From Thermoanaerobaculia bacterium (GTDB lineage Bacteria; Acidobacteriota; Thermoanaerobaculia; Multivoradales; UBA5704): a DNA stretch of 49,581 nucleotides. Location of the stretch: positions 1 through 49,581 of the forward strand of contig JBGAGQ010000050.1 in the NCBI GenBank assembly GCA_044226625.1, in the 5' to 3' direction. A model generated the notes under the pieces. That model saw only the letters and a program-made list of their open reading frames with translations. It had not been told where the DNA came from and did not search any database. Positions 40,342 through 47,356 of this stretch are shown here, one piece after another; positions within the stretch are counted from its first letter, which is position 1; each line of letters opens with the position of its first letter. Position numbers and translations under genes: made by a program.

Positions 40342-40401
40342 GCGGAGGTTCTCCTTTTGAAGCGTCCTTTTGAAGCGTTCGCGCCGGTCGATGCTAGCAC
40401 G

Positions 40402-41061
40402 GTGCCAACGCCCCCCTCGGGGGGCGCGGCCGGCCCCGGACCGGTCGGCATCGTCCTCGCGGGGGGCGCGAGCCGCCGCTTCGGAAGCGACAAAGCGCGG
40501 CTGGAAATCGCAGCCCTGGAGCGCGGTGACCGCCAGGGCCAAGGCACGGAAACCCTCGCGGCATGGGCCTTTCGCCGCCTCGCGGAGGTCTGCGCCGAGG
40601 TCGCGGTGGCGGACGCCGGACGCGGCGTCGTGCCCGGCGAGCGCTCGCTTCCCGACGGCCCCGGACGCGGCCCCGCGGCCGGCCTGCTCGGCGCCGCCCG
40701 TGCCTTTCCGGCACGTCGTCTCTTGGCTTTAGCGTGCGACCTGCCCGCCGTGCCGGCCGCGCTGCTCGCGAGGATCGCGGCGATCGGCGAGGGAGAGGGC
40801 GTCGACCTCGTGCTGCCCCGCTGGGACGGCGGAGCCGAGCCGCTCGCCGCCCTCTACGCCCCGCGCGCGCTCGCCGAGCTGGAGCGCCGGGTCGCGGCAG
40901 GGAACTACGCCCTCCACGATCTCGGCGAGGGGCTCGATGGGAACGTGGTCTGGTTGAGTGAGCCCGAGCTTTCCACCTTCGGCCAGCCGCGGGAGATCTT
41001 CGCGAACCTGAACACCCCCGAAGACCTCAAGCGCTGGTCGGCCCGCGTTGAGCGGGGATGA
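40402..41061 (+). CDS. mobA: Molybdenum cofactor guanylyltransferase
   Basis: [31 protein letters not shown] and NLNTPED motifs; start uncertain (40357 or 40402). Confidence 0.88.
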   Translation: MPTPPSGGAAGPGPVGIVLAGGASRRFGSDKARLEIAALERGDRQGQGTETLAAWAFRRLAEVCAEVAVADAGRGVVPGERSLPDGPGRGPAAGLLGAARAFPARRLLALACDLPAVPAALLARIAAIGEGEGVDLVLPRWDGGAEPLAALYAPRALAELERRVAAGNYALHDLGEGLDGNVVWLSEPELSTFGQPREIFANLNTPEDLKRWSARVERG

Positions 41062-41093
41062 CCCGCTTCCGGTCCCGACGGAGCGGGCCTAGG

Positions 41094-41607
41094 CGACAAG
41101 TCCGCTGAGCGAGCGGATGGTTCCTCTGGAGAGCGGGAGCATTCCCGCAGGCTCCGGGAACGCTCTTCGAAACTCCGGGAAGTTTCCCGCCCTGCTCAGG
41201 ATGACTCCTGAGGTCCGCAGGAACTTTCCTGGGTGCCTCAGGACTCTTTCGCGAGCCTCCCGGAAGAGTCCTGCCATCTAGCGGAATTTTCCTCTTCCTG
41301 CGGGGAACGCTCCCGGCTTGGCCAGGAATCTTCCTGCCACCAGGCGGAGTGCTCCGCTTGTCCCCCGGATTTTTCCTCGCACAGCGCGGAATCTTCCCGG
41401 CATTCCAAGGAACGGTCCTCAGCCTTCCCGGAACCTTCCTGAGCAACTGCGGAATGTTCCGAAGCTTTCAAGGAGCCTTCCGGAGTAACCCAGGATCGCT
41501 CCGCGCATCGAGAGGAAAAGTCCTCGCGAACGCCGCCGCCTTCCGCCGGCCCGGCGTCGGCTTCCGGGAAGCCCCGGGATGCCTCCGGCGTCACCTGGAA
41601 GCGTTTC
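41094..41607. repeat. Phased array of palindromic GGA-N4-TCC boxes with an exact 21-bp period and non-repeating spacers
   Basis: Perfect boxes start at 41115, 41136, 41178, 41199, 41220, 41262, 41283, 41304, 41325, 41346, 41367, 41388, 41409, 41430, 41451, 41472, 41493, 41514 and 41577. Degenerate in-phase boxes start at 41094, 41157, 41241, 41535, 41556 and 41598. Confidence 0.93.
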
Positions 41608-41640
41608 GCGTACGCTCTCGGGAGTTGTGCAATGGCGGTA

Positions 41641-41649
41641 TGTTAGTAT
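41641..41649 (+). promoter_or_regulatory. Extended -10 promoter candidate for the small gene downstream of the array
   Basis: TGTTAGTAT (TGn-TAGTAT) in an AT-rich patch between the array and the GGAGGAG RBS at 41682-41688. Confidence 0.5.
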
Positions 41650-41694
41650 CTCTTTTCGACGACATTCGACAACCTTTTGGCGGAGGAGATTCCC

Positions 41695-42069
41695 GTGGGA
41701 GAGAAATCGTACGCGTCTCGGCTCGACCGTTGGCAGAGCATGGTGCAGAACATCCAGGAGATCCTGCCCGATCTGCCGGGCGTTGAGACCACCTACGCGC
41801 TCGCGCGCCAGAAGGTCTCCGACCTACGGGAGGCCCAGGCCGATCTCCAGCGTCTCGAGGGCCAGCGCAAGGAGGTCGTCGTCCGCCGCCGTCAGCTCGA
41901 CGTCGAAGCCGAGCGGGCCGTCCGCCGCCTCGCGGCCCTCGCCCGCGCCCACATGGGCTTCTCGAATCCCCTCCTCGAGACCTTCGGCGTCCGCTCCGAA
42001 GACCGTGCCCGCCGCGGCCGGGCAGTCAAGGGAACGGCGAAGGGGGAGGGAGCGGAAGCGAAGGAGTGA
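41695..42069 (+). CDS. Hypothetical 124-aa alpha-helical/coiled-coil protein with a basic C-terminal tail
   Basis: GGAGGAG RBS before GTG, typical GC3-rich codons; MGEKSYASRLDRWQSMVQNIQE...LREAQADLQRLEGQRKE...HMGFSNPLLETFGVRSEDRARRGRAVKGTAK. Confidence 0.8.
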   Translation: MGEKSYASRLDRWQSMVQNIQEILPDLPGVETTYALARQKVSDLREAQADLQRLEGQRKEVVVRRRQLDVEAERAVRRLAALARAHMGFSNPLLETFGVRSEDRARRGRAVKGTAKGEGAEAKE

Positions 42070-42137
42070 GGCGTGGCCTCAAGCGCTCGGCGCCCCGTTT
42101 CCTTCCAGCGAGCGTTTCCGGTCGAAGGTACCGCGGC

Positions 42138-44114
42138 TCACTCCACCTCCAACCGGAACACCCCCAGACCGTAAGCGCCGGTGTAGAGCGTCGCGGGTTC
42201 CCTCGGATCGAGGGCGAGGGGGTAGTAGCCGAACGCCGAGGCCGGAAGGCCGTCCTCTAGGGGCTCGAAATCGCGGATTCGGGGATTCCAGCGATGGATT
42301 CCGGCGGTTGGGCCGGAGACGTAGATCCGGTCGGGGCGGATCGGGTCGATCACGATCGCGTTGATCGATTTGCCTTGAAGGGCTCGTCCCAGGGGGCGGA
42401 AGCTGATTCCGCCGTCTTCGCTCACGAAAAGGCCCCGGGTGGTCCCGACAAAGACCCGCCGGCCGTCTCGCGGATCGACCGCCAGGGTGCGTTTGCCGCG
42501 ATAGGGCAGACCCCGGCCGACTCTCGCCCAGGTCCGCGCGTCGTCGGTGCTCTTGAAGAGGCGTCTCGCAGAGAGGCCGAACAGCACGCCGGAGCGCGAG
42601 GGGTCGAAGCCCAGGGCGGTGAAGTCCGTCGGCCGGACGAGAGAGGCCCAGGACCTCCCGCCGTCGCGGCTGCGCAGGAAGAAAGAGCCTTGGCCGACGA
42701 AATGAATGAAGTAGGTTCCTGCCACGTACAGCGTTTCGGGGCGGGTCGGATCCAGAGCGAAGGCGCCGAAGTCGACGGAGCATAACGAGCCTCCGCAGCT
42801 ATAGGGGAACGGCAGCGCGTTCCAGCTGTGACCGCCGTCGTCGCTGCGCATCGGAAAGTTCGAGACGTAGAGGTACGTGGGGCCGTAGATCCGGTCGGGG
42901 ACGTGCGGGTCGAAGGTAAGCGAATAGGGCTCCGGGCCGGAGTACTCGGAGTGCAAGCGGCTCCAGGTGGTTCCCCGATCGAGGCTTGCGAACACGCGCC
43001 CTTCCGCGGTCGCGACCACCTTGGACGGCCCCGACGGCGCGACGGCGATCGATTGCGCGTAGGTGATCGGAATTCCGCGGCTCGGGTTGCGCCAACGTAC
43101 GCCGGCATCGGTGGATTTCCACAGACCCTGGCTGCCCGCCGCCAGCACGGTGCCGGGAGCGGCCGGCGAGGTCGCGACCCGTTGAATCAGATCCGGGGGA
43201 ATCTGCCTCTCGATCGGGCTCCACGTCGCGCCTTGGTCGTGGCTCGAGATGACGCCGAGGTTGTAGCTGGTTCCGAACAGCGTGCCGTCCGCCGTGACCG
43301 CGAGGTCGCGGAGGTAGACCGTCGACGGCTGCGTCCAGGTAAGTCCGCCATCCAGCGACCGGAGGACCGGCCCGGGTTCGGCTCCTCCCGTCGAAGGGGG
43401 GTAGGCGTAGAAAACGTAGAGGGTGTCGGGATGCGCAGGGTCGAAGACCCAGTGGGGCTGAAGCGAGTCGAATCCGAGCGGAGCGGCGAATTCGGGAACT
43501 TGGATCCAATGGACGCCGCCGTCCGTGCTTCGGAAGAGGGTTTGTACCTCGCTCGTCAGGCTGGGCCCGAGTGCCGAGAACAGGAGGCCTTCGGCGAAGG
43601 GGGACGAGGCGACCGACAGCACGAAGGCCCCGGGAAACGCGGCCAAGCTCCAGGAGTCTCCGTGATCGGTCGACCGATAGAGGCCCTGATACGACGTCGC
43701 CGCGAAAAGGTGCCCCTCGCTATGCGAGTCCGTCGCGAGCTCGTTGACGGTGAGGTTGATTGCCACGGGAGCCCACGTCGCTCCGCCGTCCTGGGAGCGA
43801 AACAGCTTTCCAGCCCAGTCGCGGGTGAACAGGGTCTCCGAGTCGAAGGGGTCGACCCGGAGGTCGCCGGTTAGAGCACCGGGCGGCGTTCCCGCGTATC
43901 GCCAGGAGACCGCGTCGTCCTCGCTCCGATAGATCTTGCCCCCGGGTGTGGCGAGGTAGGCGGTTCGAGGGGATGACGGGGCGTAGGCGATGGCCTGGAC
44001 CGCGCCGCCTCGGGGCGAGGCGGGAACCCAGGTTTGGGCGAGAGCCGGCGAACCGGATCCGACCAGCCCGACACCCAACCACGTTGCGGCGACGAGCTTG
44101 CGCGCTCGAACCAT
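42138..44114 (-). CDS. Secreted BNR/Vps10-like beta-propeller repeat protein
   Basis: GGAGG RBS, signal peptide, and many S-x-D-x-G-x-T/S-W Asp-box repeats. Confidence 0.85.
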   Translation of the reverse strand: MVRARKLVAATWLGVGLVGSGSPALAQTWVPASPRGGAVQAIAYAPSSPRTAYLATPGGKIYRSEDDAVSWRYAGTPPGALTGDLRVDPFDSETLFTRDWAGKLFRSQDGGATWAPVAINLTVNELATDSHSEGHLFAATSYQGLYRSTDHGDSWSLAAFPGAFVLSVASSPFAEGLLFSALGPSLTSEVQTLFRSTDGGVHWIQVPEFAAPLGFDSLQPHWVFDPAHPDTLYVFYAYPPSTGGAEPGPVLRSLDGGLTWTQPSTVYLRDLAVTADGTLFGTSYNLGVISSHDQGATWSPIERQIPPDLIQRVATSPAAPGTVLAAGSQGLWKSTDAGVRWRNPSRGIPITYAQSIAVAPSGPSKVVATAEGRVFASLDRGTTWSRLHSEYSGPEPYSLTFDPHVPDRIYGPTYLYVSNFPMRSDDGGHSWNALPFPYSCGGSLCSVDFGAFALDPTRPETLYVAGTYFIHFVGQGSFFLRSRDGGRSWASLVRPTDFTALGFDPSRSGVLFGLSARRLFKSTDDARTWARVGRGLPYRGKRTLAVDPRDGRRVFVGTTRGLFVSEDGGISFRPLGRALQGKSINAIVIDPIRPDRIYVSGPTAGIHRWNPRIRDFEPLEDGLPASAFGYYPLALDPREPATLYTGAYGLGVFRLEVE

Positions 44115-44156
44115 GGCGGTCCCTCCCCAGCCGAAAAAACCAGAAAAAGATTGCTG

Positions 44157-44570
44157 CTATACGTCGATCGCGTCGCCCGGGCCGCCGCAGGCGGGGCAGG
44201 GGCAGAGATCGCGGAGCAGACCAAAGCGATAGATGCCGGTGCCATGTCCGTCGGACCAGGCGACCGAGATGGCGTAGTTGCCCACCGGTTGGATCGCGCC
44301 CGCCTCGACCGGCATCCCGGCGGGGCGGAAATGGATCTTCAGGTTCGAATGCCCTTGGCAGGCCGCGCAGGGGCACCAGCCGCGCAGGTAGTCATAGGGG
44401 TAATCGGCCGCGTGACCGTCGTCCCAGGTGAGGCGCAGGGCGCGGGATTCGGGCTGGCGCCGGACCTCGATCAGGGTCGGCTCGGGCCGACGCGCCGCCG
44501 GTTGCCGGGGCTCGGTGTTGGCGGGTGGAGACGAGGGAGAGGAAGGAGAAGAAGGGGACATGGGAGGCAT
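44157..44570 (-). CDS. DUF971 (gamma-butyrobetaine hydroxylase-like N-terminal) protein
   Basis: LTWDDGH...LRGWCPCAACQGH...VGNYAISVAWSDGHGTGIY. Confidence 0.88.
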   Translation of the reverse strand: MPPMSPSSPSSPSSPPANTEPRQPAARRPEPTLIEVRRQPESRALRLTWDDGHAADYPYDYLRGWCPCAACQGHSNLKIHFRPAGMPVEAGAIQPVGNYAISVAWSDGHGTGIYRFGLLRDLCPCPACGGPGDAIDV

Positions 44571-44688
44571 CAACGGATGCTACCAGGGGCGGGGAGGAGA
44601 AACCTCCGGGCCGGGACGGCGTAACTTCCCTGTGGTACAAACGTGCGTACGGCGGTTGCCGTTGGATTTGAAACCAGGAGGCTTTCCC

Positions 44689-45336
44689 ATGTTCCGACCC
44701 GTCTTTCTACGATTGACCTTGCTTTCTCTCGCCGTCGCCGGAGTTCTCGGCGCGGCGCGTCCGGCCCAGGCGCAAGCCCACGTCCAGATCACCCCCACCG
44801 GCGGCTATCGCACCAGCGGCCAGGTGACCGCCACGAACCGCGATTTCCGCGACGACGACTCGGACGTCGAGGTCGACAAGAGCGGCGTCTACGGTGTGAT
44901 CGTCGACATCCCGTTCGGCCAGAGCGGCTTCGGCTTCGAGGTTCTCGCGAACCGCCAGCAGAGCGCGTTCACCATCGATCCGGGCCTGTTCGATCCGTCC
45001 GAGCGGTTGGGCGACGTCGAGATCACCTATGTCCACGGCGGCATCTATTACGAGTGGCTGGGCGGCCAGGTCGTGCCGTTCATCTCGGCGACCGCGGGCG
45101 TCACCCGGCTGGATCCCAAGTTCGCCGATCTCGAGGCGGAGGATCGCGCCTCGGCTTCGCTCGGCGGCGGGGTGAAGATCTTCTTCAGCCGGAACGTCGG
45201 CCTTCGCCTCGAAGGGCGCGGCTACTGGACCGATCTCGACGCGCGGTTCCGCGACGACAGCCGGCGCCGCAACTCCGAGGTGAACCAGGCGCTCTACCAG
45301 GGCGAGGCCTCGGCCGGTTTGATCTTCGCGTTCTAA
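44689..45336 (+). CDS. Small outer-membrane beta-barrel protein
   Basis: AGGAGG RBS, signal peptide AQA-Q, PFISATAG, GGGVKIFF..NVGLRLEGR, and terminal GLIFAF. Confidence 0.85.
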   Translation: MFRPVFLRLTLLSLAVAGVLGAARPAQAQAHVQITPTGGYRTSGQVTATNRDFRDDDSDVEVDKSGVYGVIVDIPFGQSGFGFEVLANRQQSAFTIDPGLFDPSERLGDVEITYVHGGIYYEWLGGQVVPFISATAGVTRLDPKFADLEAEDRASASLGGGVKIFFSRNVGLRLEGRGYWTDLDARFRDDSRRRNSEVNQALYQGEASAGLIFAF

Positions 45337-45366
45337 AGCGCGCCTAGTTCCTTCGTCGGTCCCCTC

Positions 45367-45999
45367 TCAGGAACCGCCCTTCGCCGGCCCGACCTTGAAT
45401 TCGACGGTCGGGCAGGCGAGGGGAAACCGCCGTAGCTGGTCGAGCCGCCTCGGCACGTCCTCCTCCCGTGACGTGACGTCCATCAACCCCCGATTGAAGC
45501 TGAGCCGATAGTGGCCCGGGGCTGCGATCGGATAGGCGTTCGCGAGATCGACCACACGTTCCGTCGAAGCCCCCGGGTCGAGGTGGACGTATTCCTCGCG
45601 CGAGGGATCCCCCCGTTTCACCATCGGTCCCGCGTAGGCGACCGTTCCCGCCTCCCCGTCGATCCGTAGCACGTCGGCACGGAAGTCCTCGAGCGGCGTC
45701 TGCCACTTGAGCACCCAGACTTCTCCCGGCCCGACGTTCCGCACCAGGAACGAGAGCTCGATCGGCTCGCCGAGCGTGATCGTCTTCGGCAGCACGAGCA
45801 GGCATTCGAGGCTCGGCGGATGGTTGTCCGCCGCGGGGGTGGAAGGAAGCGGAGCGGTTTGCGCCTCCTGGGGCGCCTCCTGAGGGGATTCCGCGCGCTT
45901 CACGCAGGCCGCCGAGAGCGCGACGAGACCGAGAGATAGGACCGAGGCGAGGAGGGCGGAAGAGACACGGACGGGGTGCTCCGTTCCAACGTTACGCAA
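45367..45999 (-). CDS. Lipoprotein resembling the pro-domain of M35 (deuterolysin/Lys-N-like) metalloproteases, without a catalytic domain
   Basis: Lipobox LSAAC; VLKWQTPLE...VAYAGPMVKRGDP...YVHLDPGAS...VDLANAY...GHYRL; no HExxH; start uncertain. Confidence 0.65.
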   Translation of the reverse strand: MRNVGTEHPVRVSSALLASVLSLGLVALSAACVKRAESPQEAPQEAQTAPLPSTPAADNHPPSLECLLVLPKTITLGEPIELSFLVRNVGPGEVWVLKWQTPLEDFRADVLRIDGEAGTVAYAGPMVKRGDPSREEYVHLDPGASTERVVDLANAYPIAAPGHYRLSFNRGLMDVTSREEDVPRRLDQLRRFPLACPTVEFKVGPAKGGS

Positions 46000-46001
46000 G
46001 G

Positions 46002-46044
46002 CGGCCTCCCAGGAGAACGGCGGAGAGTTTCTCCCGGGAGGCCG
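46002..46044 (-). terminator. Long hairpin downstream of the VWA gene
   Basis: CGGCCTCCCAGGAGAA and TTCTCCCGGGAGGCCG are complementary at 15 of 16 positions. Confidence 0.45.
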
Positions 46045-46080
46045 ACAGGGTCAATCGGAGACCCTGGAGGAAGGCTGAGG

Positions 46081-47232
46081 CTACGACTCCGAGCGAACCT
46101 TGCCGTAGGCGTACCCTTCGCGGGCCTTCACCCGGAACTCGGGGTTCGCGAGCTTCACCTCGACCTTCTGGTACCCCTCTTTCCCCGCCGGTTTTTCGCT
46201 TCGGTAGGCGAGCAGGTAATAGCCGTTGTTCTCCTCCTGGATCTTCTGGAGCGGCGTCGAGAAGTTCACGAAGTTGAACAGATAGGTACCGCCCGTATCC
46301 GCGGCGAGCAGGTTGAGCCCGCTCGACATCGTGTGCTCCGTACCCGCCGGCCAGAGGTCGATCGTGTAGACGGCGACGTTGGCGTCGTTCAGCGCCTGCT
46401 GCGCCGGCTTGTAGTGCTGCGTATCCGGCAGATACTGGCCGAACTCGCTGATCCGGCCGAAGCCGATCGAGAAGAGCAGCAGGTTCTTCCGCCCGGTGAT
46501 CGGCGCGGACGCCTTCGACAGGACCGTGAGCGCGTCGTAGATGTCGACCGTTTGGTCGCGCAGCGCCTTGCCCTGGGGGAGCCGGGCGAGGAGCGACGGG
46601 ACGCCCGAGCCGCCCGCGCCGTTCTCGACGTTGCCGGCGCGCGACGGCCACTCGGTCTCGGGGTCCTTGCCTTCGATGACCTCGGTGATCGCGGCGTCGA
46701 GCGTCCGCCGGTCGCGGGCGAAATCGGTGTGGATCTTGAGCTTGGTGTCGAACGTGGCGATCGCCACGTAGTCGTTCGGCAACAGGCCCGAGAACCACTC
46801 CTTCGCCTTGCGCGCCGCCTGGAGCTGCTGCGAGAGGAGCTGCGGGGCGTCGATCGCGAGCCGACGGACGTCGTTGAACAGCAGGATGAAGTAGCGGTTC
46901 TCGCGCGCAGCGTCGGTCGCGATGGAGCTCTTGGACGCCTCGGCGGCCGAGCCCAGGAATCGCCGGTTGCTGTAGAACGAGAGCCCGGAAAGCTCGACCG
47001 GTTTGCCGTTCTCGGTCACGCGAAAATCTTTCGGCTCGAGGCCGACGATCACGTTGCCCTGACGGTCGGTGACCAGGACGTCGAGCAGCACCTCGCGGAC
47101 GTCGACCCTTCCTTCGAACCGGTCGGTCGGGGGAGCGTCGGCGGCGTTCGCCATGCCGACGGACGCCAGGACGCCGAAGGCGGTAAGAAGCGCGGCCCTC
47201 GCCGCGATTCGTAACGGTAGGACTCGACGCAT
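46081..47232 (-). CDS. Secreted VWA domain protein (acidobacterial VWFA-related type)
   Basis: AAGGAG RBS, signal peptide, VLLDVLVTDRQGN..GL..KDF.V.ENG, GRKNLLLFSIG, NDANVAVYTID, LAADTGG, YYLLAY and VKAREGY motifs. Confidence 0.88.
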   Translation of the reverse strand: MRRVLPLRIAARAALLTAFGVLASVGMANAADAPPTDRFEGRVDVREVLLDVLVTDRQGNVIVGLEPKDFRVTENGKPVELSGLSFYSNRRFLGSAAEASKSSIATDAARENRYFILLFNDVRRLAIDAPQLLSQQLQAARKAKEWFSGLLPNDYVAIATFDTKLKIHTDFARDRRTLDAAITEVIEGKDPETEWPSRAGNVENGAGGSGVPSLLARLPQGKALRDQTVDIYDALTVLSKASAPITGRKNLLLFSIGFGRISEFGQYLPDTQHYKPAQQALNDANVAVYTIDLWPAGTEHTMSSGLNLLAADTGGTYLFNFVNFSTPLQKIQEENNGYYLLAYRSEKPAGKEGYQKVEVKLANPEFRVKAREGYAYGKVRSES

Positions 47233-47268
47233 GAGGAGATCTCCTTTAGCCATTTGCACCCCAGAGTT

Positions 47269-47284
47269 AGCAAGGGGTGGGCCA
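47269..47284 (-). promoter_or_regulatory. Sigma54 (-24/-12) promoter candidate
   Basis: TGGCCCACCCCTTGCT has exact GG-N10-GC spacing and lies 36 bp upstream of the VWA ATG. Confidence 0.65.
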
Positions 47285-47356
47285 GGGAGGAAAGCTGGGG
47301 CCGCGCACGGAGCCCGGACGGCGGCCGGGGGCCGCACGTCCTCCGGTGATGACGGC

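Noticed and set aside
41094-41607. CRISPR array interpretation of the 21-bp periodic region
   Set aside because: The conserved part is only 6 of 10 bp and the spacers are 11 bp, far below CRISPR dimensions, and there are no cas genes in the window.
41027-41786. ORFs over the array (41027-41446 -, 41233-41442 +, 41238-41594 -, 41349-41786 +) as heptad-repeat proteins
   Set aside because: The E/D-x-S heptads appear on both strands simply because the box is palindromic. Both such frames are broken by stops (e.g. TGA at 41440-41442 on +, and at 41238-41240 on -), there is no RBS, and codon usage is atypical. A decayed coding origin cannot be fully excluded.
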